Assembly: GCF_001457595.1 (NCBI RefSeq)
Contig: NZ_LN831039.1
Coordinates: 2,190,001 to 2,222,000, forward strand
Reading direction: 5' to 3'
Source of the DNA: Mycolicibacterium smegmatis
Lineage (GTDB): Bacteria; Actinomycetota; Actinomycetes; Mycobacteriales; Mycobacteriaceae
DNA: 32,000 bases
Positions 9,792 to 20,829 of this stretch are shown here, piece after piece; the first letter of the stretch is position 1; every line of letters begins with the position of its first letter. Below the pieces are notes generated by a model. The model searched no databases and was not told the DNA's origin. It saw only the letters and a list, made by a program, of their open reading frames with translations. The position numbers were made by a program, and so were the translations under genes.

Positions 9792-10373
9792 GTGGCGAGG
9801 TCGGCCAAGGGGAACGTGGCGCACGGCGACGGACGCCAGGCGCTGATCGTCGCCACCGTGACCCTGGTGGCCCGAGAAGGCCTGAGCAAGCTGACCTACC
9901 GATCCCTGGCCGCCGAGGCCAACGTCACGCACGGCACCATTCAGCATCACTTCTCCTCGTTGGACGAGGTTCTCGAAGAGGCCCTCAACTACGCGCTGGA
10001 CGTCACCCTGCCTGCCATCACCGAGGCCCGCGACGCCGGAGACTTCTACACGCACCTCGTGGATGTGATCGCCGAGCACCGTGATGTGCAGGCGTTCCAG
10101 ATGGAGATGATCCTGGAATCGCGCCGCAAGCCGCGCATGGCGGCGTACGTCAAACAGCTCTACGGAATCTACGACCGCTATATCGCCGAATCACTGGCGC
10201 AGATCGGTCTTCCCGACGACGACGAACTCGCCCAACTCGTCTCGGGTGTGGGCGACGGCATCGTCTATCAGCTCATCGCGCTGGGGCCGGATCACGCCGA
10301 GAAAGCCCGCGCCCAGGTGCGTGGGCTGAGCAAGCTGATCGCCGCGTACCGGAAGTCGACCGGGGGCGGGTAG
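9792..10373 (+). CDS. TetR/AcrR-family transcriptional regulator
   Basis: This is only the last 193 codons of the 800-aa track ORF. A GTG at 9792 follows AAGGAG (9781-9786). The HTH reads ALIVATVTLVAREGLSKLTYRSLAAEANVTHGTIQHHFSS. It is divergent from the enoyl-CoA hydratase gene. Confidence 0.85.
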   Translation: MARSAKGNVAHGDGRQALIVATVTLVAREGLSKLTYRSLAAEANVTHGTIQHHFSSLDEVLEEALNYALDVTLPAITEARDAGDFYTHLVDVIAEHRDVQAFQMEMILESRRKPRMAAYVKQLYGIYDRYIAESLAQIGLPDDDELAQLVSGVGDGIVYQLIALGPDHAEKARAQVRGLSKLIAAYRKSTGGG

Positions 10374-10380
10374 ACGGCCC

Positions 10381-10461
10381 GCACTTTTCTTCCGCGAGCG
10401 GACACAAAGTTGCCTATCTCGGGTCCGAAAAGCGCACTCTTGCGTCTGCTCGCGAGGGAAG
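10381..10461. terminator. Imperfect nested inverted repeats between the convergent TetR and nuoN genes; a possible bidirectional terminator
   Basis: CTTCCGCGAGC (10389-10399) pairs with GCTCGC-GAG-GGAAG (10448-10461). CTTTTC (10384-10389) pairs with GAAAAG (10427-10432). GGAC (10400-10403) pairs with GTCC (10423-10426). There is no clean U-tract. Confidence 0.25.
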
Positions 10462-12027
10462 TTACTGCAGGAACGTCTCCGCGCTGCTGGCCAGGTCGAG
10501 CAGGGGCTGAGGCAGCGCGCCGAGCGCGAACGTGACGGCCGCGGTGACGGTGACCACCGCGGTCGACAGACCGCTGGGCACCACGAGTTCGGGCGCATCG
10601 TCGGGTGGTTCGGTGAAGAACATCAGCACGATCACCCGCACGTAGAAGTACGCGGCGACCGCGCTCGCGATCACGCCGATGATCACCAGCGGGATCGCGC
10701 CACCCTCACCGGCGGCCTTGAACACCGCGAACTTGCTGACGAACCCGCTGGTCAACGGAATACCGGCGAACGCCAGCAGGAACAGTGAGAAGACCACGCC
10801 CACAATGGGATACCGCCTTCCCAAGCCGGCCCACTGCGCCATCGACGTCTCCTCGTCGCCCGCGGCGTTGCGGATCAGCCCGACCACCGCGAACGCGCCG
10901 AGCGTGCTGAACCCGTAGGCGAACAGGTAGAACAGCGTCGAGGACACCCCGGCCGGGTTGGCGGCGATCACGCCGGTGAGAATGAAACCCGAGTGTGCCA
11001 CGGCCGAATACGCGAGCATGCGTTTGACGTCGGTCTGCGTGACTGCCGTGACCGTGCCGACCACCATGGTCAAAATCGCGATCGCCCACAGCACCGGGCG
11101 CCAGTCGTCGCGCAGCGCGGGAACCGCGACGTAGAAGATCCGCAACATCGCCCCGAACGCCGCGATCTTGGTCGCGGCCGCCATGAACGCCGTGATCGAA
11201 GTCGGCGCGCCCTGGTAGACGTCGGGAATCCACGAATGGAACGGCACCGCACCGACTTTGAACAGCACACCGACGAGCAGCAGCGCCACGCCCAGCAGCG
11301 CCAGCGAGGTGTTGCCGCTGCCGGCGGCGACGGACTCCGCGATACCCGACAGATCAAGCGTGCCTGCCGACCCGTACAGCATGGCCGCGCCGTAGATGAA
11401 GAACGCCGACGAGAACGCGCCCAGCAGGAAGTACTTCAGCGCGGCCTCCTGCGACAGCAGGCGGCGCCGGCGCGCGAGCCCGCACAGCAGATACAGCGGC
11501 AGCGACAGGACCTCCAGCGCCACGAACATCGTCAGCAGGTCGTCGGCTGCGGGGAACAACAGCATGCCGCCGATCGCGAACATCGTCAGCGGGAAGACCT
11601 CGGTCTGCATGACACCGGTCTTGGTGGCCAACTGTTCGGCGACACTGCCCGCCACCGCCGAGGCCTGCGGCGTGAAATCCTCCAATCCCCGTGCCTCACC
11701 GGCGGATACGGTGGCCTTCTGGCGCTCGGCGATGAGCATGATGCCGAGGACGCCGACCAGCGCGATGGTGCCCTGCAGGAACACCGCGGGCGCGTCGAGC
11801 ACGACGGCCCCGAGCACGGCCGGCCGCCCCGGTGTGCCGCTGAGCCCGCGTGCGACGAACACCACTGCGACGACGGTCGCGATCAGGCCGCCGAGAGCCA
11901 GGGTGACCTGCAGTGGGTAGCGACTCTGCCGCGGCGCCAACGCCTCGATCAGCACGCCTGCGATCGCGACGCCGAACACGATGAGCATCGGCGACAGCAG
12001 GCCGTATTCGATGCTGGGTGTGATCAT
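10462..12027 (-). CDS. nuoN: NADH-quinone oxidoreductase subunit N
   Basis: It is a polytopic antiporter-like protein. The N-terminus MITPSIEYGLLSPMLIVFGVAIAGVL parallels the NuoN start I recall from M. tuberculosis. The ATG at 12027 lies 1 nt after the nuoM TGA. It is the last gene of the operon. Confidence 0.93.
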   Translation of the reverse strand: MITPSIEYGLLSPMLIVFGVAIAGVLIEALAPRQSRYPLQVTLALGGLIATVVAVVFVARGLSGTPGRPAVLGAVVLDAPAVFLQGTIALVGVLGIMLIAERQKATVSAGEARGLEDFTPQASAVAGSVAEQLATKTGVMQTEVFPLTMFAIGGMLLFPAADDLLTMFVALEVLSLPLYLLCGLARRRRLLSQEAALKYFLLGAFSSAFFIYGAAMLYGSAGTLDLSGIAESVAAGSGNTSLALLGVALLLVGVLFKVGAVPFHSWIPDVYQGAPTSITAFMAAATKIAAFGAMLRIFYVAVPALRDDWRPVLWAIAILTMVVGTVTAVTQTDVKRMLAYSAVAHSGFILTGVIAANPAGVSSTLFYLFAYGFSTLGAFAVVGLIRNAAGDEETSMAQWAGLGRRYPIVGVVFSLFLLAFAGIPLTSGFVSKFAVFKAAGEGGAIPLVIIGVIASAVAAYFYVRVIVLMFFTEPPDDAPELVVPSGLSTAVVTVTAAVTFALGALPQPLLDLASSAETFLQ

Positions 12028-12028
12028 G

Positions 12029-13618
12029 TCAGCGTGCCCCCTCTGCAATCGTCGGTGGCACAGCCGGTTCCGGATCGGTCTGTCCGATCGTGGTCAGAGT
12101 GTGCTCGACCGCCGGGTTGATCACGTCGAGTGCGGGTTTCGGGTAGATGCCGAGCACCAGCAGCAGTGCGAGCAGTGGCGCCACCACGACGAGTTCACGC
12201 GGCACCAGATCGCGCACCGGACGGTCGCCGTCACCGATCCCGTCGCGCACCGGCCCCGTCATCATCCGCTGGTAGGTCCACAGGATGTAGACGGCCGAGA
12301 GCACCAGCGCGGTCGCGGCGAACACCGCGACCACCGGATATCGCGTGAAGGTGCCGATCAGCACAAGGAATTCGCTGATGAACGGTGCCAGCCCCGGCAG
12401 TGACAACGTGGCCAGTCCGGCGACCAGGAATGTGCCCGCCAGCACCGGTGCGACCTTCTGGACACCGCCGTAGGAGTCGATGAGCCTGCTGCCACGCCGC
12501 GACACCAGGAACCCGGCGATCAGGAACAACGCGGCCGTCGAGATGCCGTGGTTGATCATGTACAGCGTCGACCCGGACTGCCCCTGACTGGTCATCACGA
12601 AGATCCCCAGGATGATGAACCCGAAGTGCGATATCGACGTGTATGCGATCAATCGCATCACGTCGGTCTGCCCGATGGCCAGCACCGCGCCGTAGACGAT
12701 GCCGATCGCGGCCAGGGTGATCACCACCGGACGGAAATACGTTGACGCATCGGGGAACAACTGCAGGCAATACCGCAGCATGCCGAACGTGCCGACCTTG
12801 TCCATCACGGCCATCATCAGCACGGCCGACGCCGGCGTGGCCTCCACCGCGGCGTCGGGCAGCCAGCGGTGGAACGGCCACAGCGGCGCCTTGACCGCGA
12901 ACGCGAACATGAACCCGAGGAACAGGAAGTTCATGATCGCCGGATTGACCGCGAACTCGCCGGACGATACGGCCGCGACGATCTCCCGGAAGTCGAATGT
13001 GCCTGCCGCGAACGCGTCACTGCCCGCGGTGACGACGTAGAGGCCGATCACCGCGGCGAGCATGATGAGGCCGCCGAACAGGTTGTACAGCAGGAACTTC
13101 ACCGCCGCGCGGGACCGGTTCTCGCCGCCGAAGCCGCCGATGAGGAAGTACATCGGGATGAGCATGGCCTCGAAGAACACGTAGAACAGCAGGATGTCGA
13201 GGGCGACAAGGGACATGAGCACCATGCCCTCGACGGCCAGCGTGAGCGCCAGATAGGCCTGCACCGAACGCCCCGCAAGGCCGGTCTGCCTGCTCGCGTC
13301 GTTCCAGCCTGCGATGATCAGCAGCGGCACCAGCACCGCGGTGAGCACCACGAGCGCCAGGGCGATGCCGTCGACGCCGAGGATGTAACCGGTGCCGAAA
13401 GACGGTATCCACCGGTGTGATTCGACGAACTGGTACTGCGCGGCGGCCGGGTCGAACCCGATCGCGACGACCGCGGTGACCGCGAGGGTCAGCACCGACA
13501 CCGCCAGGGCCAGCCACTTGGCCAGCACCTGCTGGGCGGCGGGCAACAGAATCACCACCGCGGCCCCCACGACGGGCACCGCCCACAACACCGTCAGCCA
13601 GGGAAAGGTACTCACCAC
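12029..13618 (-). CDS. nuoM: NADH-quinone oxidoreductase subunit M
   Basis: It is antiporter-like and starts (V)[25 protein letters not shown]. Two tandem GTG codons lie at 13618 and 13615. The second overlaps the nuoL TGA as GTGA. The track ORF extension to 14113 overlaps nuoL and is rejected. Confidence 0.92.
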   Translation of the reverse strand: MVSTFPWLTVLWAVPVVGAAVVILLPAAQQVLAKWLALAVSVLTLAVTAVVAIGFDPAAAQYQFVESHRWIPSFGTGYILGVDGIALALVVLTAVLVPLLIIAGWNDASRQTGLAGRSVQAYLALTLAVEGMVLMSLVALDILLFYVFFEAMLIPMYFLIGGFGGENRSRAAVKFLLYNLFGGLIMLAAVIGLYVVTAGSDAFAAGTFDFREIVAAVSSGEFAVNPAIMNFLFLGFMFAFAVKAPLWPFHRWLPDAAVEATPASAVLMMAVMDKVGTFGMLRYCLQLFPDASTYFRPVVITLAAIGIVYGAVLAIGQTDVMRLIAYTSISHFGFIILGIFVMTSQGQSGSTLYMINHGISTAALFLIAGFLVSRRGSRLIDSYGGVQKVAPVLAGTFLVAGLATLSLPGLAPFISEFLVLIGTFTRYPVVAVFAATALVLSAVYILWTYQRMMTGPVRDGIGDGDRPVRDLVPRELVVVAPLLALLLVLGIYPKPALDVINPAVEHTLTTIGQTDPEPAVPPTIAEGAR

Positions 13619-15531
13619 AGTTGCACCGCCAGAATCGCCGCCACCACCAGAGCCGAACCTCCGAGCATCGACAACGCGTACGAGCGTGCGAAACCGGTCT
13701 GCACCTGCCGCAACGCATCCGATGTGCGGCTCACCAGAGCCGCCAGACCACCCGCGGTGCCGTCGACGGCCTTGTCGTCGACGGTGACCATGGCCGCGGT
13801 CAACGTCTGGCCGCCGCGCATGAACACGGCCTCGTTGAACGCATCCCCGTAGAGGTCCCGCCGGGCGGCCACGGTCAGCGCCGAACCCTCGGGCACCTCC
13901 TCGGGGACCGCCTGCCGGGCGTACATGCGGTAGGCGACGGCGATGCCGACCGCGACCACCGCGAGCACGATCGCCGTGACAACCCACACGGGCACCGCGT
14001 GGTGTGCCTCGTGCGCGCCGACGACGGGTTCGAGCCAGTGCGACAGGGTGCCGCCGATGGCCAGGGCGCCGCCGGACACCACCGATCCGACCGCGAGCAG
14101 GATCATGGGCCACGTCATCACCGCGGGTGCCTCATGTGGATGCACCGCTTGCATGTTCCCCGTCGCTTCGCTCGCCTCAGAAGCCCAACGCTTCTCACCG
14201 AAGAACGTCATGAGCATGACCCGCGTCATGTAGAACGCGGTGATTCCGGCGCCCAGAATCGCTGCGCCGCCCAGGATCACGCCGCGCGCACCACCGGCCC
14301 CCAGCGCGGCCTCGATGATGCCGTCCTTGGAGAAGAAGCCGGCCAGCGGCGGCACACCGATGATCGCGAGATATCCGAGGCCGAACGTGGCGAACGTGAC
14401 GGGTAGGACCTTGCGCAGCCCGCCGTAGCGGCGCATGTTGACCTCGTCGTTCATGGCGTGCATCACCGAGCCCGCCCCGAGGAACAGGCCGGCCTTGAAG
14501 AAGCCGTGGGTGAGCAGATGCATGATCGCGAATGCGTAACCGGCAGGCCCGAGTCCGGCCGCGAGCACCATGTAGCCGATCTGGCTCATGGTCGACGCGG
14601 CGAGCGCCTTCTTGATGTCGTCTTTCGCGCAGCCGATGATCGCGCCGAACAGCAGCGTCACCGCGCCCACGATCACGACACCGGTCTGCGCGGTGGGTGC
14701 GAGGTCGAAGATCGGGCCGGACCGCACGATCAGGTACACGCCGGCGGTCACCATGGTGGCAGCGTGGATCAGTGCCGACACCGGCGTCGGGCCCTCCATG
14801 GCGTCCCCGAGCCAGGACTGCAGCGGCACCTGCGCGGACTTGCCGCACGCGCCGAGCAACAGCAGCAGGCCGATGGCGCTGAGCGTCGCCTCGCTGAGCC
14901 CGGGTGCGGCGGCGAAAACCCCCGCGAACGAGATCGACCCGATGGTGGCGAACATGATCATCAGTGCGATCGCCAGACCCATGTCGCCGACGCGGTTGAC
15001 GACGAAGGCCTTCTTGGCCGCCGTCGCGGCCGACGGCTTGTGCGACCAGAACCCGATCAGCAGGTACGACGCGAGGCCCACGCCTTCCCAACCGGCATAG
15101 AGACCCAGGTAGTTGTCGGCCAGCACCAGCAGCAGCATGGCCGCCAGGAACAGGTTGAGGTAGGCGAAGAACCGTCTGCGGTCCGGATCTTCGGCCATGT
15201 AACCGATCGAGTAGATGTGGATCAGCGACCCGACACCGGTGATCAACAGGACGAAGCACACCGACAACTGGTCGAGTTGCAGGCCGAAGTCGACCTGCAG
15301 ACCACCCACGGGCACCCAGGAGAACAGTGCCTCGTGCACGGCCCGCTCCTCGCCGGACCGGCCCAGCATCCCGGCGAACAGGACAGTGCCGACCGCGAAC
15401 GCCGCCAACGACATCGCGCATCCCAGCAGGTGGCCCCAGCGGTCGCTGCGGCGGCCGGCGAGCAGCAGGATGGTCGCCCCTGCGGCGGGCAGGGCGATCA
15501 GCAGCCAGACAGGTAGCCAGTCAGTTATCAT
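13612..15531 (-). CDS. nuoL: NADH-quinone oxidoreductase subunit L
   Basis: The 639-aa protein carries [16 protein letters not shown] and a long C-terminal lateral-helix region typical of NuoL. The ATG at 15531 lies 7 nt after the nuoK TAA. Confidence 0.95.
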   Translation of the reverse strand: MITDWLPVWLLIALPAAGATILLLAGRRSDRWGHLLGCAMSLAAFAVGTVLFAGMLGRSGEERAVHEALFSWVPVGGLQVDFGLQLDQLSVCFVLLITGVGSLIHIYSIGYMAEDPDRRRFFAYLNLFLAAMLLLVLADNYLGLYAGWEGVGLASYLLIGFWSHKPSAATAAKKAFVVNRVGDMGLAIALMIMFATIGSISFAGVFAAAPGLSEATLSAIGLLLLLGACGKSAQVPLQSWLGDAMEGPTPVSALIHAATMVTAGVYLIVRSGPIFDLAPTAQTGVVIVGAVTLLFGAIIGCAKDDIKKALAASTMSQIGYMVLAAGLGPAGYAFAIMHLLTHGFFKAGLFLGAGSVMHAMNDEVNMRRYGGLRKVLPVTFATFGLGYLAIIGVPPLAGFFSKDGIIEAALGAGGARGVILGGAAILGAGITAFYMTRVMLMTFFGEKRWASEASEATGNMQAVHPHEAPAVMTWPMILLAVGSVVSGGALAIGGTLSHWLEPVVGAHEAHHAVPVWVVTAIVLAVVAVGIAVAYRMYARQAVPEEVPEGSALTVAARRDLYGDAFNEAVFMRGGQTLTAAMVTVDDKAVDGTAGGLAALVSRTSDALRQVQTGFARSYALSMLGGSALVVAAILAVQLW

Positions 15532-15538
15532 CGCGCCC

Positions 15539-15838
15539 TTAATGTTTCAGCAGGTTGGCGTCATCGACGGAGGCCGATCGGCGGGTGCGGAAAATGGCCA
15601 TGATGATGGCGAGGCCCACCACCACCTCACAGGCGGCGACCACCATCGTGAAGAATGCCACCACCTGCCCGTCGAGTTGGCCGTGCATGCGGGAGAAGTT
15701 CACGAACGCCAGGTTGGCGGCGTTGAGCATCAACTCGACGCACATGAACATGACGATCGCGTTGCGCCGCAACAGCACTCCCGCGGCGCCGATGGTGAAC
15801 AGCAGTGCCGAGAGGTACAGGTAGTTGTCGGGATTCAA
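15539..15838 (-). CDS. nuoK: NADH-quinone oxidoreductase subunit K
   Basis: The 99-aa product (M)[39 protein letters not shown]... is nearly identical by eye to mycobacterial NuoK. I chose TTG at 15838 with GAAGAGG upstream. The GTG at 15847, which overlaps the nuoJ stop, is an alternative. Confidence 0.9.
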
Positions 15839-15843
15839 CCGCG

Positions 15844-16602
15844 TCACCTCTTCCCGTTGGTCGCGCTGCCGACCGTGCGGTGCGGCAGGATCGTGCTCAC
15901 CGACAGTGGGGATTCCGACCCGTCGGGCAGACGGGCCGGGACGTCGACGGAGTTGTGCCGGGCGTAGACACCGGGATTGGGCAGCGGCGTCGGATGCCCG
16001 CCGGTCTGGAAGCGTTCGATGGCCAGTTCCCGCTGGGTCTTGCGGCGTTCGAAGCGTTCCCGGTGCGCGAGCACCATCGCCCCCAGCGCCGCGGTGATCA
16101 GCAGCGCGCTGGTCAACTCGAACGCCCACAGGTACCGCGTGAAGATCAGCGCCGCCAAGCCCTCGACGTTGCCGCCGCTGTTGGCCGCGGCCAGACCGCT
16201 GAACCCGGCGACCGACACGTTGCCGATACCCGCGATCACCAGGATCCCGAACCCGGCACCCGCGATCAGCGCCGCGATCCGGTGCCCCTTGATCGTCTCG
16301 ACGAGCGACTCGGTGAGATCGACGCCGATGAGCATCAGCACGAACAGGAACAGCATCATCACCGCGCCGGTGTAGACCACGATCTGCACCACACCGAGGA
16401 ACGGCGCGTCCTGCGCGATGTAGAGCACGGCCAGCGAAATCATGGTGCAGGCCAGAAACACTGCCGAGTACACGGCCTTTCGGGCGGCTACCACGCCGAT
16501 CGCGCCGACGAGGGCTACGGTGCCGACGACCCAGAACACCACGGCCTCGCTCGTCGACGTGCGCGCACCCTCGGCGGCCAGCAGCATCAGGTCGGAGTTC
16601 AT
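15844..16602 (-). CDS. nuoJ: NADH-quinone oxidoreductase subunit J
   Basis: It has a hydrophobic N-terminal two thirds ([32 protein letters not shown]) and the hydrophilic C-terminal tail seen in mycobacterial NuoJ. Its ATG overlaps the nuoI stop (ATGA). Confidence 0.93.
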   Translation of the reverse strand: MNSDLMLLAAEGARTSTSEAVVFWVVGTVALVGAIGVVAARKAVYSAVFLACTMISLAVLYIAQDAPFLGVVQIVVYTGAVMMLFLFVLMLIGVDLTESLVETIKGHRIAALIAGAGFGILVIAGIGNVSVAGFSGLAAANSGGNVEGLAALIFTRYLWAFELTSALLITAALGAMVLAHRERFERRKTQRELAIERFQTGGHPTPLPNPGVYARHNSVDVPARLPDGSESPLSVSTILPHRTVGSATNGKR

Positions 16603-17141
16603 CGGGCGTCCTCTGTGCCCGAGGGGACCGGCGTGATGGGCGTGACGTTACCCAGGTAGTAGTCGTCGTCGGTCTTGCCCGGGGCCATGTCGTGCGGCGG
16701 CGCCTGCATACCCTCTTGCAGCGGTGCCAGCAGCTTGTCCTTGCCCCAGATCAGGTCGGCCCGGTTGTCGTCGGCCATCTCGTACTCGGTGGTCATGGTC
16801 AGGGCCCGCGTGGGGCAGGCCTCGATGCACAGACCGCACCCGATGCACCGCAGATAATTGATCTGATAGACGCGGCCGTAGCGTTCACCGGGCGAATAGC
16901 GTTCGTCGGCGGTGTTGTCCGCGCCTTCGACGTAGATCGCGTCGGCCGGGCACGCCCACGCGCACAACTCGCAACCGATGCACTTCTCCAACCCGTCGGG
17001 GTAGCGGTTGAGTTGGTGCCGGCCGTGGTAGCGCGGGGCGACGGGACCGGGTTTCTCCGGATAGCCCTCGGTGATGGGCTTTTTGAACATCGAGCCCAGC
17101 GTGACGGCGAATCCGGCGAGCGCGTCGAGGAATTTAGGCAT
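16599..17141 (-). CDS. nuoI: NADH-quinone oxidoreductase subunit I (2x[4Fe-4S] ferredoxin-type)
   Basis: It has two CxxCxxCxxxCP motifs ([12 protein letters not shown] and [12 protein letters not shown]). The ATG at 17141 lies inside the last nuoH codons (8-nt overlap), with AAGGAG 7 nt upstream. Confidence 0.95.
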   Translation of the reverse strand: MPKFLDALAGFAVTLGSMFKKPITEGYPEKPGPVAPRYHGRHQLNRYPDGLEKCIGCELCAWACPADAIYVEGADNTADERYSPGERYGRVYQINYLRCIGCGLCIEACPTRALTMTTEYEMADDNRADLIWGKDKLLAPLQEGMQAPPHDMAPGKTDDDYYLGNVTPITPVPSGTEDAR

Positions 17142-18360
17142 CAGCGGTCTCCTTGGTGCCGACGGACGGCAGGGGTGGCACCGGGTAGGCGCCGGTGCTC
17201 TGCGGAGGTGGCGGTTGAACGGTGCGGCGCCGCAGGGATGTCGCCAGGCCCCAGATCAGGGCCACGACGACGACCACGGCCGCGGTGAGCAGCCAGGCCG
17301 CCCACGTGCCCTCACCGTGCTGGCGCAGGCTGCGGGTGATCGCCACGACCATGATCCACAGCAGCGACACCGGGATCAGCACCTTCCAGCCCAGCGCCAT
17401 GAACTGGTCGTACCGCAAGCGGGGCAGCGTGGCCCGCAGCCAGAAGTACAGGAACATGAAGGTCCACACCTTGGCGGTGAACCACAGCAGCGGCCACCAT
17501 CCGCTGTTGGCGCCGTCGATCAGGTTGAACGGGAACGGTGCGTGCCATCCGCCCAGGAACATCGTGGTGGCCAGGGCCGACACCGTGGTCATGTTGACGT
17601 ACTCGGCGAGCATGAACATCGCGAACTTCAGCGACGAGTACTCGGTGTGGAACCCGCCCACCAGTTCGCCCTCGGCCTCGGGAAGATCGAAAGGCGCGCG
17701 GTTGGTTTCGCCGACCATCGACACCACGTACACCAGGAACGACGGCAGCAGCAGGAACACGAACCAGGTGCGGTCCTGCGCGGCAACGATGCCCGACGTG
17801 GACATCGTTCCCGCGTAGAGGAACACCGCCACGAACGACAGCCCCATCGCGATCTCGTAGGACACCACCTGTGCACTCGAGCGCAGGCCGCCGAGCAGGG
17901 GATAGGTGGATCCCGACGCCCACCCGGCCAGCACGATGCCGTAGACACCGATCGACGTCGCGGCCAGGATGAACAGCACCGCGACGGGCAGGTCGGTCAG
18001 TTGCAGCGGGGTGCGGTGGCCGAACACCGACACCGCGCCGCCCAACGGGATCACCGAGAACGCGACGAACGCGGGAATCACCGAGATGACCGGGGCCAGT
18101 AGGTAGATGGGCTTGTCGACGCCGGCGGGGACCAGGCCCTCCTTGAGCGCGAGCTTGATGCCGTCGGCCAGCGACTGCAGCAGACCGGCCGGGCCGACCC
18201 GGTTCGGGCCGAACCGCATCTGCATGCGGCCCAGCAGTTTCCGCTCGATCAGGATCGCCGAGAGCACGGTCAGCAAGAGGAAGACGAAGATCGCGACGGC
18301 CTTGGCGAGCATGAGCCACCACGGATCGTGGCCGAACAGTGTGGGATCCGGATGTGTCAT
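17134..18360 (-). CDS. nuoH: NADH-quinone oxidoreductase subunit H
   Basis: It carries the signature [32 protein letters not shown]. The ATG at 18360 overlaps the nuoG TGA (ATGA). The 29-codon upstream extension in the track is rejected. Confidence 0.94.
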
Positions 18361-20741
18361 GCCCCGGCTCCGATCGACACCACGGCACCGGCGGTCACCC
18401 CGAGTCGCTGGTGCACCGCCGATCCCGGCGAGTTCATCGGCAACCACACGACCCCGTCGGGCATGTCGGTGACCGCGAGCGGCAACGTGACCGCGCCGCG
18501 TTCGGTGCTGACGGTCACGGGCGCACCGTCGCTCGCGCCGATGCCCGCGGCGGTCGCGGCCGACATCCGCGCGACGGGGCGCACGGCCGTGCCGGCGAGG
18601 TGTGGTTCACCGTCCTGCAGACGGCCCGCGTCGAGCAGCATGCGCCAGCTCGCGAGAACCGCCTGCCCGGACCCGGCTTCGGGTCTCGCGGTGGGCGGCG
18701 CCGTGGGCGCGGGTGGGCGTGCTCCGCCCCAGGTGCCCAGCTGCGCGAGTTCGGCGTCGGCCGCCTCGGCAGTGGGCAGGGCGAGGTCGACGCCGATCTC
18801 GTCGGCCAGATAGTGCAGCACCCGCAGATCCGGGATCGCGTTGGTCTTGAGCGAGGGCGCGAACGGGCGAGGGCGCCCTTCCCAGTTGAGGAACGACCCG
18901 GCCTTCTCCACCACCGGTGCGACGGGGAACACCACGTCGGCCAGTTCGGTGACGGCACTCTCGCGAAGCTCCAGGCTCACCACGAACGGCGTCGTCCGCA
19001 CCGCGGCCACCGCCAGCTCAGGATCGGGCAGATCGCCGAGTTCGACTCCGCCGACCAGAAGCGCCGCGAGGTGCCCGCTCGCGGCCGTCGACAGGATCGC
19101 GGCCGTGTCCCGCCCGGGTGCCTCGGGCAGCGCCGAGATGTACCAGGCTCGTGCCACTTCGGCGCGGGCATCGGCATCGTCGACCGGCCGACCGCCCGGC
19201 AGCAGGTTGGGCAGTGCACCGGCCTCGATGGCGCCGCGCTCACCGGCACGACGCGGAATCCACGCCAGACGCGCACCGGTCGCCGCGGCCAGGCGCACGG
19301 CCGCCGACAGGGCACCCGGGGAGGTGGCCAGACGCTCACCGACCAGGATGACGGCCCCCGGTCGGCGCAACCGGTCGTCGTCGTGCATCCCGTCAAGCGC
19401 GGCGGGCTCGTCGCCGGGCACCGTCGGCACCACGGTGCCGGCCAGCTTGGTCAGACCACGGCTGGCCCACGGTGCCACCGCCACCACCTGCACACCGTTC
19501 TTGCGGACGCCCTTGCGCAGGCGCAGGAACACGATGGGCGACTCTTCCTCGGGCTCGAAACCGGCGAGCAGCACCGTCGGCGCGTTCTCCAGTTCGGCGT
19601 ACCGCAGCCCCATGGTCTGCCCGGCGACGTGGGCGGCCAGGAACTCGGCTTCCTCGGCCGAGTGCGGGCGGGCCCGGAAGTCGACGTCGTTGGTGTTGAG
19701 CACCATTCGCGCGAACTTCGCGTACGCGTAGGCGTCCTCAACGGTGCACCGGCCGCCGACCAGTACGCCGGTGCTGCCCGCCGCGGTGAGCAGGCCCGCG
19801 GCGGCCACCGTGAGCGCTTCCGACCACGACGCGGGCCGCAGCACACCGCCGTCGCGCAGCATCGGTGTGGTGATCCGGTCACCGACCGTGGCGTAGGTGA
19901 ACGCCCAGCGGCCCTTGTCGCAGTTCCACTCCTCGTTCACCTCGGGTTCGTCACCGGCCAGGCGGCGCAACACCTTTCCGCGCCGGTGGTCGGTGCGCTG
20001 TGCGCATCCGGATGCGCAGTGTTCGCACACGCTGGGGCTGGACACCAGGTCGAACGGGCGGGCCCGGAAGCGGTAGGCGGTCCCGGTCAACGCGCCGACG
20101 GGGCAGATCTGCACGGTGTTGCCGGAGAAGTAGGACTGGAACGGTTTGTCCTGACCGATGCCGACCTGTTGCAGCGCACCGCGTTCCATGAGGTCGATGA
20201 ACGGATCCCCGGCGATCTGCGACGAGAACCGGGTGCAGCGCGCGCACAGTACGCAGCGTTCGCGGTCGAGCAGTACCTGCGAGGAGATGCTGATCGGTTT
20301 GGGGAACGTCCGTTTGACGTCCTCGAACCGGGTTTCGGGCCTGCCGTTGGACATCGCCTGGTTCTGCAGCGGGCATTCGCCGCCCTTGTCGCAGATCGGG
20401 CAGTCGAGGGGATGGTTGATCAGCAGCAGTTCCATGACGCCGCGCTGCGCCTTGTCGGCGGCCTCGGACGTGAACTGCGTGCGGACCACCATGTCCGGCA
20501 TGACCGTCGTGGTGCACGAGGCCATCGGCTTGCGCTGGCCCTCGACCTCCACGAGGCACTGCCGGCACGCCCCGACCGGGTCGAGCAACGGGTGGTCGCA
20601 GAACCGGGGGATCTGGATGCCCATCAACTCGGCGGCCCGGATCAGCAATGTGCCCTTGGGAACACTGATCTCATGGTCGTCGATGGTCAGCGACACCATC
20701 TCCACCGGCGGCGTGTCCTTGGTCGGTTCGGCCAGCGTCAC
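18357..20741 (-). CDS. nuoG: NADH-quinone oxidoreductase subunit G (75-kDa Fe-S subunit)
   Basis: It has [19 protein letters not shown] (2Fe-2S), [17 protein letters not shown] and [10 protein letters not shown] (4Fe-4S). A GTG at 20741 follows AAAGGGGGA and gives [30 protein letters not shown]. This matches the length of the M. tuberculosis NuoG N-terminus as I recall it. Confidence 0.92.
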   Translation of the reverse strand: MTLAEPTKDTPPVEMVSLTIDDHEISVPKGTLLIRAAELMGIQIPRFCDHPLLDPVGACRQCLVEVEGQRKPMASCTTTVMPDMVVRTQFTSEAADKAQRGVMELLLINHPLDCPICDKGGECPLQNQAMSNGRPETRFEDVKRTFPKPISISSQVLLDRERCVLCARCTRFSSQIAGDPFIDLMERGALQQVGIGQDKPFQSYFSGNTVQICPVGALTGTAYRFRARPFDLVSSPSVCEHCASGCAQRTDHRRGKVLRRLAGDEPEVNEEWNCDKGRWAFTYATVGDRITTPMLRDGGVLRPASWSEALTVAAAGLLTAAGSTGVLVGGRCTVEDAYAYAKFARMVLNTNDVDFRARPHSAEEAEFLAAHVAGQTMGLRYAELENAPTVLLAGFEPEEESPIVFLRLRKGVRKNGVQVVAVAPWASRGLTKLAGTVVPTVPGDEPAALDGMHDDDRLRRPGAVILVGERLATSPGALSAAVRLAAATGARLAWIPRRAGERGAIEAGALPNLLPGGRPVDDADARAEVARAWYISALPEAPGRDTAAILSTAASGHLAALLVGGVELGDLPDPELAVAAVRTTPFVVSLELRESAVTELADVVFPVAPVVEKAGSFLNWEGRPRPFAPSLKTNAIPDLRVLHYLADEIGVDLALPTAEAADAELAQLGTWGGARPPAPTAPPTARPEAGSGQAVLASWRMLLDAGRLQDGEPHLAGTAVRPVARMSAATAAGIGASDGAPVTVSTERGAVTLPLAVTDMPDGVVWLPMNSPGSAVHQRLGVTAGAVVSIGAGA

Positions 20742-20827
20742 GAGCGTCCCCCTTTCCCTACGCCGAGTGTGCGGTTTCGTACGCGCCACGCCGCGCGGAC
20801 GGTATGGGAGCGCACACTCGCGGTCAT
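20738..20827 (-). other. 29-codon mini-ORF spanning the nuoF-nuoG spacer ([29 protein letters not shown]); translation unproven
   Basis: Its ATG (20827-20825) lies 2 nt after the nuoF TAG. Its TGA (20740-20738) overlaps the nuoG GTG (20741-20739) as GTGA. Third-position GC is about 72%, below that of the neighbouring genes. Confidence 0.2.
20764..20820 (-). repeat. Perfect 10-bp inverted repeat (CGAGTGTGCG ... CGCACACTCG) with a 37-nt loop inside the nuoF-nuoG spacer
   Basis: Read directly from the sequence: 20764-20773 is the exact reverse complement of 20811-20820. The loop contains the palindromes CGTACG (20779-20784) and CCGCGCGG (20791-20798). Confidence 0.9.
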
Positions 20828-20829
20828 CG

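Noticed and set aside
13619-14113. Upstream extensions of track ORFs for nuoM (to 14113), nuoD (to 24642), nuoC (to 25469), nuoB (to 25786), nuoA (to 25986), nuoH (to 18447) and the ACAD gene (to 30987).
   Set aside because: The extensions overlap the preceding gene and have Arg/Pro-rich composition. Internal starts at the stop codon of the upstream gene give N-termini and lengths matching known subunits.
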